Of a stretch of DNA of 64,000 bases, positions 12,101 to 25,178 are shown in pieces (the stretch's first letter is position 1; each line of letters starts with the position of its first letter). The DNA comes from Selaginella moellendorffii. Lineage: Eukaryota > Plantae > Lycopodiophyta. The DNA is taken from assembly GCF_000143415.4 (NCBI RefSeq), contig NW_003314306.1, positions 900,897-964,896 on the forward strand, read 5' to 3'. A program made the position numbers and the translations under genes. Below the pieces are notes generated by a model that was not told the DNA's origin, ran no database searches, and saw only the letters and a list, made by a program, of their open reading frames with translations.

Positions 12101-14120
12101 TATCCTTCCAAGGATTGATATTGAGTTTCATTAGTCTTGATGAATATAGTGTTGATGATTTGGCTATAGCTTTGTGTTGTTGGCATTCGTGCATTTGCTA
12201 GTTAGCAACTGTGTTGACGTTCAAATGAACTGAGTGGCAAGTTAAGTTAGTTGTGTTCTAGATGAGATTGTTTAGTAGGGGTTGAGCTTTAGCTTTTCCT
12301 TGAAAAGTGATTCAGTCGTGGACTATGCTAACTCTACAAGAGGAAGAGTTAGTGATCGATATTAGAATGTTGAATCCTTATGGGATTTTAGTTGAAATAT
12401 ATTGATCATTGATGATTCTTCTCGTGCTTGTTATGAAGTGAGTTACGTCTTGCTATAGATGGATTCATGGAGGATCGTTTGGTGATCACTTGTTGAGCAT
12501 AACTTTGCTATGTTTAGCTTTTGGATTGATGCAGAAATGCTCTTTATTAGCTTTGGCATTATGAAGTTTGGCTTATGGATGTGTTGAGGAAGATATTGTG
12601 AGTTGCATCATGATTTCTTCTTTAGCATTGAAGTTAGTTTATGCAAAACTTGTGATCATTATTAGGCAAGACTTAGTTATAGGCTTCTTCAAACTTTTGG
12701 TTCCTTGAGTTTTATGCTCATTGTTCCATTTGTTAGAAGTTGTTAGGGAAAGCATTTTGGCTCATTAGCTTCGATGTTGAAGTTGGCTTTTGCATCTAGT
12801 AATCATTGGTGATGATTAACTATCATCTAAAATAATGAGTTATCCTTGTTGAAGATTTTGCTTGATTATTGTTGGTATAGAATGATTTGCCATTCTTCAA
12901 GATGGTGGATTCCTTCTTCGACAATGATTATGCATCTCTTTATTGATGGGATAATTGATAATCTTTCATGATGGTTAGTTGTTCTCTTTGATAGCTTGTG
13001 GCTTTTCGCAATACCACATGTTTTTTGTGGTTTGCTCTGGATTGGTCTCTTGGGTTTGAGACGTCAGTAGGATGTTGCTGACACTTGCTTAGGCAACTTG
13101 AGTTCCTTGGTATTGTTGGCTGGGATCTATTCAGATTGGCTTTTGTGATAGTTGGCAGGCATGAGTGTTTGTTGGTCTTACCACATTCATTCTCTTCTGT
13201 TGGTTGTTGCTCGAGTTAGTTTTGATAGATTTGAATGTTATTTCCTTTGGGTGATACATTCGCGAGCATTGTGCTTGTTAGTCAATGATACTTTGTGTTC
13301 TTTGAGTTCTCTCTAATAAGTTGTTGGCTTACTGTCTACTATCTTCGATAGTTAAGTTTCATCATTGAGTTTCCTTGATGATATACTAGCTATTGAATTT
13401 TGTTGGATGGTCATTCTTGTGTTTGCCAAATTATGATGATCTTGGTGGTTCCTATCTACTGTAATACTAGTTTATCGGATGATAACTTACTTGGACTACT
13501 TTTGTGTTCTAATCTAAGCTTTATTCACTGATAATTAAATCTCTAAAATATCATTGTCTATGACTTTGATATTGTCCAACTATTGATCTTTGAGTTTGGG
13601 CCAGTAATGGGTAGACTGGCTTCGGCACTTCGTGTGCATGGTGAAATCTCTAGTCATGGGGTAGCTACTGTCGACTGGTCACATAACCCGCCTCTCTGTC
13701 GATGTTCCTTGTTCCGTGAAAGGGCGTGACCGTGTAAACAACTCTAAACTGCCTGTTGACAGTAGTCTATCTAAACCTTACCGACGGGTTTGGTTTCTTT
13801 GCTCAGGAGGGTTGGGGCCTCTGGCTTCTCTCTCTATGTCTCTGCGGGCAGGGCATATCACACTTTTGTAGCTGGGTGACTCCCAGAGCAGCAAGGGTGG
13901 CTGACTCCGTTGGTCATTTCCTTGTCGGTGACGGCCGGAAGGTGTCTGAGCTGGTAGCGCATCCGCGTTAGACAAAGAGGTTGCCCCCTAACTCATTTAA
14001 GTTGGTGCATTTCTCACATAGTGTGCGAACCGTGAACTTTTTATGGAGTTGTTTCCTTGGCGGTATTCTAGACTGGAGTATGCATCGACGAGGACGTCGA
14101 TTTTCCCAAGGGGGGGAGAG

Positions 14121-15241
14121 TGTCGCGAATGTGACTTCGGGTATCGAAAGTTACCTGTCGGCTAGTCCTTTCGGACACTCTTACCTTACTGCCACGATGG
14201 CAGGAGGTCGGTACTGCTGGTTCCCTTTATTAGCCCCTCTTGTTCAAGTGTTAGTAAACTGGACTTAGCATCTGTACTTGGCCGGATGAGCATAAGGACG
14301 GAATTCCTAAGTGTCTATTTGGCCAAGCATACTTGGCCCGGCTTTTTAGTTCTCTTTTGCTCTGTCTTGCACTGGCTTGACAAGAACCCTCGCGTATTGA
14401 GATTGGTCCCTCAATATCGTTGGATGATAGCTTACCGTGTCTGCCAAACACCCTCGCTATCATGCCCTTTGTGTTAGTCTCATTTCGGTCCCAAATGCTA
14501 TTTATGGAAAGTGTCCAGATTTGCTCATTTGGCATATCTACGGAATGTAGAGATCGGCCTGAACACAATGGTGTTCGTCCCGTGTCCAAATTCACAATCT
14601 AAGGACATTCCATATTTAGTAAGTTTCGAGTTTGTCCCAGAGACTAACTCCTGATACTAAGGGAGGCTTGGGGTGAAAGCCCAAAGCGTGTGTTCCTCAA
14701 GGGGGGGGGGGCTATGGGGGGTTCCAAATGTATAGTAGGGATAGTGGGTAGGTCGGGCATGGCCGACCAACCTGAGGCATAGTCTAGCTCCCGCTTGCGT
14801 GCTTGTCCTTGTTCTGCGTCCGGCTTGGGTCTAAGCCCAAGTTCCATTCCATGCTAGCTGGTGGAGTACCCATATTCTCACGTTAGGCCACCGGTATGCC
14901 GAAATAGCGCCAGACTCCGTTTGGCTCCATTTTGCGTGCTGGTCCTGGCATTGGGATGCTGGTTGCTCTAGGACTGTTCCAAGTCGCTCCGGGCCCCTGT
15001 CCCTTCGCTCCTTGGGCTATATGCTCGGGAGTTGCTCCGTGGTCCGGTTCCATCACTCCTTGGCATCACGCTTGGGAGTTTGGCACCGTTCCTTCGTTCA
15101 GTGGCCCAAGGCCCTGAACCTCGGGTTCCTGTGGACACGTGGCATCTGTCACGTGGCACAAAGAGGGTTTAGGTTCCGCTTCGTGGTGTTATCCTATGGT
15201 AAATCACCATAGGATAAAGGGTCAAAACCACGTGCGCTACA
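14121..15241 (+). repeat. 3' LTR of the nested element (1121 bp)
   Basis: Direct repeat of 8007-9139; differences seen are a 13-bp indel, one extra G in a G-run and one C/T substitution. Confidence 0.95.
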
Positions 15242-15783
15242 CAATGACTGTGATGATGCCTTCCAACAATTGCATCATCTTCGCCAAGGGCCATCTGAGT
15301 TGGTGATGCGGAGCCAAATATGTCGGAGTGGATCAAGCTAAGAATATTATGGCTAACATTTCATCAAGATTTGGTAGAACTTGTGCATGCACTTGCTCTA
15401 GCCACCCTTAATGATACCCTTCACTTGGCACAACATTATGAGTTGTTGCCTCTTCCACTTTTTGTTGTACGTCCTTCAACTCCACTTCCTGTGGGAGATG
15501 GTCCTATTCTAATGGAGGTTGATGTTGCTACTGCTCGAGTTCAAGAACTAAAACAAAGACATGGTTATGGCCATGATGTCCATTATTGGGTGTATGATGA
15601 AGTTGGTCATACTTATCTACGTTGTCGGCGTTTTCCGGATTGGCAACCTTTATTTCCTGGGTGGAGACCTTAGCGTCAGCAATGTCCCGTTGGTGCTGTT
15701 GCAGTGGAAGGTTTGGACACCAAGATGCATCCGGGAAATGAGGAGTCGCACAAGTAACAAAGGGACCTTGTGCGAATAAGTCA

Positions 15784-18002
15784 GTGACCCCTCCATCTTT
15801 CTTTCGGGAGTATCATCAAGGGGTTCATTTGGCACCGGTTCATCCAGTGTTTACTTTCCAAGCTCGTTTTTATAACAAGAGGTCTCCTATTATTCTCTCT
15901 GTGTTGGTTGATACAGGTTCGAGTTTATCTTCTATTGCTCAACTTGTTGCCATACGTTGTCATCTACACTTGCATTGTGCAGTGGAACCAGTTTTCATTC
16001 TTTATGGCAACGGCCGTACACATGCATGTGCACGGGATGAGCTTGAGCTTGAGTTGCAGTCATTACGGGTGGTGCCGAGTCAAGCTTTTGACCTCATTCT
16101 TGGTATGGATTAGTTGTAACGCAATCATACCAAGTGTGATTTTGAAGCTTCTCCCCTTTGTCTCATACTTCTTTATGTTTCATCCATTCCTCTCACTTCG
16201 TACTTTTTCGTCCCTCTACTTCTACCTTTGCTTCCATTACTTTTGTTCCTCCCCTATTTCCTCCTATGTTTCCGTCTTATTTTGCTCTTCCCTTTTCTGA
16301 TCCCTTCGACAATCTTTGTGTTGCAATGGTTGACCGGCTCATGAAGGAGTATTTTGATCTCTTTGAATTTGACCTATTGTCTGGGGCCAAGATTGCCACA
16401 TATCATCCGATTCCAATTGGGGATGCTTATCCAATCTTCCATCCTCGTGGCATGTCTTCCTTTCTCTTGGCAGAGGATTTTGTACTAATTAGTCATGCCT
16501 CTGCCACATGTAGAAGTCAATAGAGATTCATAAAAAGAATTTGAGGTAGAACTTACTTGTATTTCTGTCTCTTGATTGCCAGCGCTTGAGAGTAAGGGCT
16601 TATTCTAAACCGGAAAGTAAAGGTCTTGAAAGTTCTTGTTCATCATTAGTCACCTAAGGAGATTAAAATTTTACGTGCAAATGTCAAAAAGATGTTGGAG
16701 AAGGGTGTTATTTGGAAGTCGTGGAGTCTTTGGGCATGTGAACCTTATCTTGTGACAAAGCTTAATGAGAGTATTTGTTTTTGCATCAACTATCGTCCGT
16801 TAAATGAAATTACAATCCCGGATGTGTACCCTCTTCCTCACACTGCTGATCTCTTGGATTGTCTGGGGCGAAGTCGTTAGTTCACCAAGTTGGATCTTGC
16901 TTCTGGGTACTGGCAAGTATCGATGGCCGAAGAAGATATTCCTAAGACTACTTTTTGTACACCATTTGGTTTGTACGAGTTCTTAGTGATGCCATTTGGT
17001 TTGAACAATGTTCCAACAACTTTCCAACGGATGATGGACAAGGTTCTTTGCGATATACCGAAGGTGACCGCTGATTTCATTGATGATGTCGTGATCCACT
17101 CGGAGGGGACGTGGGAGGAGTATGTTCATAATGTTTGTAAAGTGTTGGATCGGCTACGTGACATTGGTTTAAAGTTGAAACAATCGAAGTGTGTGTTTAG
17201 GTCCAAGGACATAACTTATCTTGGGTACTGTATTTCTCGTAAAGGTTTGCAAGTTGATCCTGATAAACTTGTGGTTATTTTAAAGTTCCCTATTCCAAAG
17301 TGTGTAAATGATATGCAGCGCTTCTTAGGCAAGGTGCAGTATCTCAATCATTTTGTGGATCATTTTTTTGATTGCACTGCACCGTTGCGAGCGTTGTTGA
17401 AGTCATCAATGTCATCTTTCATCTAGTTTCCAGATTGTGAGCGGGCATTCATGGATCTCAATTTGAAAACTCCGGTTTTGGCATATCTTGACTATACTCA
17501 ACCTTTTATTTTGCATGTGGATGCTTTTGACATTAGTCTTGGAGGTGTCTTGATGCAAGAGAGTTCGAGTGTGTTTGGTCAGTACCATCCCATTACGTAT
17601 ATAAGCCGTAAATTACAACTAGTGGAGATGAAGTACTCCACGACAAAGAAAGAGTGTTTAGCAATAGTCTGGGGTTTCGAGAAACTTCATGCATATCTAC
17701 ATGGTTCTCGGACGTTACTTGAAGGTGACCATGCTGCTGTTACTTCATTATTGAAGCGGAAGAACTTGGTTGGTCGTACTGTTCGATGGGCTTTGAAACT
17801 TCAGATATATGATTTTGATGTTGTTCATCGCCCAGGGAGTTCTATGGCTGATGCTGATGCCCTTTCTCGAGCACCTCTTCCTTCTCCATTCTCTTCTCAT
17901 GTTTCTGACGAGCCTATTGTTCCTACATCTATGGATTTTCTAAATGAGGATTCTATGCCATTAGCAGTTGTTGTACTTGATGTTCAGTGTCCACAAGGTA
18001 TA
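15784..18002 (+). pseudogene. Host-element pol remnant: protease, RT, RNase H
   Basis: VLVDTGSS, DLILGMD, INYRPLN...YPLP, DLASGYWQV, MPFGLNN, FIDDVVI, ILHVDAFDISLGGVL, KECLAIVW, ADALSR; interrupted by stops. Confidence 0.92.
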
Positions 18003-19651
18003 TGTGAGACACAAAATCCTTAGGCCCCAATGTGGAGCCGAAAGGGCGCCACGTGGTAGTGGCCGAAGCAAAAGCCAAATGAGCGTAACACGTTTGGACT
18101 AAAAGCTTTGACTTGAAAAGGTCGAGAGTGGGAGTGGAACTCCCAACAAAGTGCTCGAGGAACAAGCACGAGGCGAGCCATAAGTGAGTCTCTAGAAAAG
18201 GGGATACAAGAGGACCAAAACATGACATGTGGAAGTGTCCGAGATGGAGTCCGAGGTGGAGTCCGAGATGGAATCCGAGGTGGAGTCCGAGATGGAGACC
18301 AAGCTGGAGTTCGAGATGGAGTCCGAGGTGGAGTCTGAGGTGGACCCAAGATGGACCCAAGATGGACCCGAGCTTGAGTCCGAGATGGACTCGAGATGGA
18401 GTCCGAGATGGACCTGAGATGGAGTCCGAGATGAACCCGAGATGGAGTCCAAGATAGACCCGAAATGGAATCCGAGATGGAGTCCGAAAAGGAACCGAGA
18501 TGGAGTCTGAAGTCAAGACCGAGACCAAGATCGAGATTGGGACCGAGACCGAGACCGAGATCGAGGCCGAGGCCGAGGCCGAGACCAAGCCCAAGCCTGA
18601 GTCCGAGTCCAAGTCTGAGTCCGAGTCCGAGTTCGAGTTCGAGTTCGAGTTTGAGAGGGTGGAAGCCCAAAGCATTCATCTCCCAAACCCTGGGGGGTTT
18701 GGTGAACTCCAAAAGTATAGTAGGGGGGGACTTCAGTGGAGCCAGTTTGGCCAGGAAAGGCCAGTTTGGCCCAGGAAGGCCACACCTAGGTGTTGGGTGA
18801 CGGGATAACCATTGGGAGGTCCAAGGCTAGAGTGAATACAGACTGTCAAGTGGGGTAGCTTGGTGAAGTGTTCAAGAGCCGGCTCTAGCTCCCCCGGGAG
18901 ATCGAATGGTTGATGCTCCCAATCCAATTGTGGGTGGCACTACCTACTTGGATACCTGGCGTGGCTCAATGGAACCTCGCTCTAAGCCCATGGCTAGAGC
19001 ACCAAAAGGCAGAAGGTGGGGAGAGTACCCATAAGGCTTACGTAAGGCCACGGTGTTCCAAAATGTTGTCCCAAAGTCCCAGACTATGGAAAGGAAGAGG
19101 AGTGGCCCTCTGGTGTAGTGACCAATGGTACGGTCATGTGGTGAGGAAGTCCTAGAGGACAGTGGGATTTAATGGTTGGGCCTACGGGCCCTATCCCAAT
19201 GGTAGTGTTGGCAAACACAGCTATGGATAGAAAAGGGATTTGGTGGGGATTGTAAAAGGGATATTGGGGAAGGATGTTCCCCATGCCTATAGGCATCTTA
19301 AGGATGCTAAGGAGTGGATCTTGGATGGTCACTCCTGGACAGATGGCCCAGTCCTTGAGAGACGAGACTACAATGTAGGTGGTGTTGGACCACCGGTGTG
19401 ACCAAGGTGAAGGGGCATGGCCTTAGCATAACGGGCTAGTATGTCAGCGGTAACTTGGGGTGTCGGTCTTGGGACCAGACACATGGAGCACTTGGACTAA
19501 GTGCAAGAGATGAGTGGCATGGATGCCATTCTCGGGGCTAGCAAGTCCTAAGTCTTGAATTGGACTTAAGGAGGTTGTGAATGAAACTCCTCCAAGTGGT
19601 CGGAGGTGTGGTTAAATGACTAAAGTAGAATGGAAAAATTAGTCATTTACA
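18003..19651. mobile_element. Solo LTR (1649 bp) inserted between RNase H and integrase
   Basis: Starts TGTGAG, ends TTTACA; TSD GTATA/GCATA; removal restores the frame ...CPQGI|EQDLPSLDEVREAQK. Confidence 0.82.
18236..18652 (+). repeat. Degenerate hexamer/dodecamer tandem array (CCGAGA/GAGTCC/TCGAGT) inside the solo LTR
   Basis: gagatggagtcc-type 12-mers grading into ccgaga and tcgagt 6-mers; produces spurious low-complexity ORFs. Confidence 0.9.
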
Positions 19652-19656
19652 GCATA

Positions 19657-20991
19657 GAGCAAGACCTACCTTCTCTTGATGAGGTTCGCGAGGCTCAAAA
19701 GATTGAGCCATGGATTCGAAGGCTTCGACATAGGTTTGAGAATCCTACATCACTTGCTGATGACTTGCCTTTCCGGCATTTACATTCTTAATATCGCCTT
19801 GAAGACAACCTTATTTATTTTGTAGGGATGGATCCTGATAATCATTTATGGTTGGTGGTGCCTTTTGTCTTTATTCTGCAGTTTCTCCATGCCTACCATG
19901 ATTCTCCTATTTTAGGTGGGCATATGGGACATTATCGTGTAACTGAGACGTTGCACAGGTTTTTCTATTGGCCAGAGATGTGACGTGATATTATCTGGTA
20001 TGTGCGTAGCTGCATTTGGTGCCAAGCTCGTAATACCTTGTGTTGCGGAAGGATGGTTGGAGTCAATTGCAATTTCCCATCCTTTTGAGTTAGTGGTGTT
20101 TGATCTTATGGGACCTTTTTCACGGTTGACTGTTGGCAATGAGTATGTTATTATTGCTTCTGACTACTTGACTCGTTAGGTGGAAGTTAATGCTCTTGCT
20201 AGTGCCTCTGCAACTGCTGTTGAATACTTCCTCCTCAATCGAGTGGTGTTTCAGCATTCTTGTCTAGAGCGGATTCTTTTGGATAATAGTCCCGCATTTA
20301 TGGCTGAGGCATTTCATGTTTTGACATCTCAGTTGGGGATATGCCACACTTTCACAAGTGCTTATCATCCATAATCAAACGGTCTGGTGGAACAGCTTGT
20401 TCGGATATTCAAAGGGATGATTGTGAAATATGTGAACTTTCAGCATTCGGATTGAGATAGTTATTTGCTGTCTTTTTGGTATGCATATGTCATAGGGATG
20501 TAAAGTTCTATTAGTGCTTCACCATATAAACTACTATATGGTCATGATCCAATTTTACCAATAGTGCTAGGTTTACCTTCGCGATTTCCATGAGTTGCCG
20601 ATGCTAGGTCATGGGATCAGTATTTAACAAGCATTCTTCCATTTGTCTAAGCTGAGTCTATTGAACACTTAAGCCGCGTACAACTGGGACAACAATGGCA
20701 TTACAATGTCCACCTCATCATCATCCATCTGTGGAGTACAAAGTGGATGATTTGGTGTTAGTTCGTTTTCCCCATCTTACAGTACGTGGTTTATCTAAGG
20801 GGCTCCTTGCACAGCGGAAAGGACCATATCGGGTGTTGCGGCAAGTTGGACCACAAGTTTATGAGGTTTGGCATGATGTCCAGCAGGCCAATCCTCCAGA
20901 GATTATGCATGTGCAGCGGTTGAAACGCTTCATACAAAGGGATCAGGAGCAGTTAATACCACCTACAGATCCATCAATGCCTCCTCCTGAC
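19657..20991 (+). pseudogene. Host-element integrase remnant
   Basis: YHDSPILGGHMG (HHCC), FELVVFDLMGPF, ILLDNS, TSAYHP*SNG, KGPYRV (GPY/F). Confidence 0.9.
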
Positions 20992-22123
20992 TGTAAGCCA
21001 CAAATTTTTCCTTTCCAATTTGCCAGCTTACCTCGTCTATCTGACCAACACTGCCTTGGCTTGTGCTAAGTTCCCTCACCAAGGTTCTCGCCTATTGTAC
21101 CAGCTCCTACTTGGTCCTACTTGGTTTCAACTACTCACTGCACGAGCAATAGAGAGTTAGCCTTCCATCCATAGATTCTCAAATCTCTCCCAATCCCCCT
21201 TCCCGGGTTAGACTGGACTTAAGGTTCGGCTACACTCCCCATAGGCACAAGCAGCCAAGTACACCAAGCCTCCAGGTTCTTAACACCCCTTGGTACAACA
21301 AGACTTGATCATGGGACCCTCTAAATCCCAAGCCTTGGGTGCAACACTTGCTTCGGGACATCAGGGCGAAACACCGTGGCCTAACGGCCCGGTATGGGTA
21401 CCTCTACCCCCCACTTCCATCTCAAAGGGAAGGCCCAAGCCCCTAGGAAGGGCAAGGACTAATGAGCCACAAGGTACTCAAATGGGGCACCACTCCACAT
21501 GAGCCGGGAGCACCGCAGTCGGTTTCCCTTTCGAGAGTGGGAGCTACTCTTGAGCACTTCCTTGGGTGGCCCTTCCGGCACCACCCAAGCCTATGCTCAC
21601 TCCCACCCAAGGCCCTTTGGCCCTAGTCTCAACCTCAAGTCAGTTTGGAAGCACCACTGAAGAGTTCCTTCAAGACTGGTTCTTGGACCTCACTATCCCT
21701 ACTATACTTTTGGAACCCCTTGCAGCCCCCCTCCCCCTCCCCCCCTCCCTGGGAGACACAGCTTTGGGCTTTCACCCCTTGACCCATATTAGTATTTGGA
21801 CTTAGTCTCAGATTCGATCTCAAACTCGATCTCGGACCCGACTTTGGACTCGATCTCGGACTCGATCTCGGACTCGACTTCAGACTCGACCTCGGACTCG
21901 GTCTCGGACCCAATTTGGATCTCGGACTTCGTCTCGAACTCGATCTCGAACTCGGTCTCCGATTCGGCCTCGGCTCAATCTTGGACTCTATCTCGCACTC
22001 GGTCTCAGAGTCGGTCTTGGACTCGATCTTCGACTCGGTCCCATCCGATGAACTCTTTGTCATTTCAGTCAAGCTTTCGGGGATCCTTTAGCCTACGACA
22101 TCTCGGGGAGTTGGTTCCTTACA
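20992..22123. mobile_element. Solo LTR (1132 bp) at the end of integrase; related to 18003-19651 but in the opposite orientation
   Basis: TGTAAG...CTTACA inverted termini; TSD CTGAC/TTGAC; removal gives PSMPPPD|IPLDPGPSTREP*; TCGGAC/TCGATC hexamer array at ~21800-22040. Confidence 0.85.
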
Positions 22124-24559
22124 TTGACATTCCTCTAGATCCCGGCCCGTCTACAAGAGAACCATGATGGTCTTCCATTATTCTAAGAGGAGGGGATGAT
22201 GTGAGGGCCAAGTGTATGGCTACGATGCCGTATACTAATATTAATGTAGTGTAGTCGTTGGATTGGTTTCAATCCGGACCACTCGCTCCTATATATAAGC
22301 TAGGGTTTTTGGGCTAATTGATATGCACATTTTCTGTATTCCCTTTCCATATTCCAAGAACTCACAATAAGTGTTTAGGATATAGGAATAAATACTTACC
22401 TTTGCATTTTCCTTAAACCTATGTTAATTTATAGTCCTTGTCAAGAACTATATATAAAAAATAAAACTCACTCCATTTGTCCTTCAAATCTTCTTTATCC
22501 TATGTTCTAAAGCATTAGTTTAGTTCAGACTTGCTACATTTTTTTTTCATTCTACCATTTATATTTGGCCTCACTTCATTATTGTATCCATTCGGCCTCA
22601 TTATATAAGGGGTGGATGTTTTGTTTGAACTTGTTATGCTCATCCCCACTCCACAATTTATGTTGTTTATCCTTATTCCACTATTGTATTTGCCCTTACT
22701 TCATTATTAGGGTTGGACCTTATTTATCCCCTCTACCCCCTCCTCAAATGAACTTTTTTTGGAAGTGTCACGGAAAAAAAAGCCAGAAAAAAGAGGAAGA
22801 AACATTGTGAAAAAAGAAAAAATTCAATAATTGTCAAAGTAGATAGAGGGGAAAAGAAGGTATATTTAAAGCTTGGAAAACAAAAGATTTGCTATGATAA
22901 AATATTTTGGCTAGCATGAAATAAACAAAAGATTCACACCATTTAACCTTCTCAACACATAATTTAACACTTGAGATAGAAAAATCTACACTCTCAAAGG
23001 AAAACATAAACCTTTAAGCAATAATGATAAAACAAAAGCTATCAATGGCACTCATTATTAAAGATATATGTTCAATTCAAAACTCTGGCCAAAATGACTT
23101 CAACCATTGGAATAAAGGAATAGTCAATATTAGAATTGATCAAGGTTCTACCAAAGAAACAAAAGTAAAATTCTTAACTTTATATACATGCTTAATATCT
23201 AGATTAGCATGAGAAAGATAGAAAACACTCAACTCAACACCAAATTAAGAATGGGAATCATAATAGTAAAAAATGATTAAAGTGTTAAGAGAAGAAAATA
23301 TTGTAGATGAAAAAGGAACACTAGAAACATGAGAAGATGGCTTAGATGTCAGATTAAAAGATTAACACTTACCTTACAAAATTTCCAACTCATTTCTAAA
23401 GCTATCTCCATAATAATTAAGTTCCTCATCACAATCTAGAATCTATTTGAGCTTATAAACATTGTTTTCTCATAAATTTGATATTTAAACATTCTCCAAG
23501 AATCAAACTACATCATCCATAATTCACTAATTGATGTCATAATCATGCTCCACATCAATAGGAAATTGCAGAACATTGAGAATAAAACAAATTACATAAT
23601 CACATCCCACAAAAATTGGAGATGAAGGATGGGTGGAGCACTAATATGATCACACAGCTCTAATAGTGTAGCAACAATAGCCTTAAATGGCGCATTCCTT
23701 GATCAATAACGATGTGTCATGATAAAAGAAGAGAATGCAATGATGATCAGAAGAAAGAGAAGATCTAAGCATAGCAATAGCTAGAATTTTAGAATTTATA
23801 AAAAGATAATATAAATCTAAATTTAAAAGAAAATAAAGAAATAAGAATAAAAAGCAAGATCTCAAACACTACTAAAAAGTTTTGCCCTCTTTTGGGATAA
23901 ATTGCAATGCCTACTAATATGAGTGCTTGGGATATAGAAATAAGTATTAATTGGGGTTTAGACTTTTGCTTATATACAAGAATGGATGGATTAAATTCAG
24001 TCTTAAATAGATAGTGTATTATTTAGCCAGGGTAATACATACATACATATATATATATATATAAAAAAACCGAAATACTAGAAAGATTTACCTAATTTTT
24101 TTACAGGTTAATTTGTGAAGATATAAATTATATCCACAAAGATGCATTTAAAAATTAAATAATATTAAGAATTTTATAAGAGACATATGGTTAGAAAATA
24201 CAAGGAAACAAGAATACATAAACATGTAAAAACAAACATCTAAATACTACTTGTTTCGACCCTTCAGCAAAAAGCCAACATGGATCCTCCTCCCATGGTG
24301 TTGCAGTGTTGTGTCTAGGCCAGATTTGCACTCAACGGCTGAAGCAAAAAGAATTGTGAGATTGAAAACTGTACTCGTGTCTACGCACTGTTCACTTTTA
24401 CCTCATCATTAAACCACTGCTCTGTTCCCTAAACTTCGAGTTGTTTGCATTTTCCCTTCCCTATCGGCGTTGATCTCCTTCTCTTTCCAGCGACTTGTGA
24501 TTCTTCTAAGCTCGGATGCTTTTGCTTACGAACCCATGGGCTTACACTTGTGAGAACCG

Positions 24560-24985
24560 AGCAGTAGCATCTGCTCGGTTGCGCAGCTCCAGGGGTAGCG
24601 GGCTCATCCAGGGCGTCAGGACGATGTTGGAGGAGATCCGTGAGGAGCTCGAGGGTCTACCGGGACGTTCTCCGCTTCTTTGGAATCGAGTATGACACTC
24701 CTTTCAAGGACGAGCCAGGTGCCTTGATCTTAAACTTCTCGACCTTGCAGTCTATAATCTTGAATGATCGAGTCGCTGACCCGGGTGAGATGGTCGTTCG
24801 CCCGCACCAGACTAGCGCCACTGCTGGATCTTTGGCAAGGAGCTCGACGCTGCCGGAGGAACAGATTTGAGTCTCCAAACAAGGTGTCGTGCTTATCATG
24901 GAGAGTAACTGTGTGATAGACGCACCGGAAGGTTTGGCTGGCTATGGAAGACAGTGGCTTCGAGCATGCATATGGTCAAGCTCAT
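24560..24985 (+). pseudogene. Decayed, multiply deleted copy of the lectin-fusion gene
   Basis: TMLEEIR, VLRFFGIEYDTPFKDEPG and ggctggctatggaagacagtgg match the 3891-4919 gene. Confidence 0.8.
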
Positions 24986-25178
24986 ATATCCTAGTGTCAT
25001 CCAGGTTGGAATCGAGCTCGAGTCGGGTTGCAAATGGCCGAGAGTGCTTCGCGACAATCGACCATTTTCTCTAGGCAACCGATCGCGAGCATGAGCGATG
25101 CGATCCTATTAACACACCCTCTCTTCTTAAATGCTACCTAGAGTACGACTTTGCAAGTTATCAGGGTTTTTCTTTCGC

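Larger units (their letters stand above)
8007..15241 (+). mobile_element. Young non-autonomous (LARD-like) LTR element inserted in the gag region of the host element; LTRs 8007-9139 and 14121-15241
   Basis: TG...CA ends, perfect 5-bp TSD CAATG (8002-8006 / 15242-15246), degenerate Met-i PBS tggtattagag at 9142, PPT aagggggggagag at 14108-14120; ~5 kb interior with no long ORF. Confidence 0.93.
7265..22366 (+). mobile_element. Decayed Ty3/gypsy LTR retrotransposon (host of three nested insertions); LTRs 7265-7422 and 22200-22366
   Basis: Short homologous LTRs TGTGAG...CTCACA; PBS TGGTGGAG at 7424 (tRNA-Ala-like); PPT aagaggagggg before 22200; gag-PR-RT-RH-INT order with stops and frameshifts; no clean TSD. 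Confidence 0.88.

Noticed and set aside
17953-18808. Long ORFs on both strands (SR-, GL- and ES-rich) and similar ORFs at 21635-22167
   Set aside because: They are translations of hexamer tandem repeats inside solo LTRs, not genes
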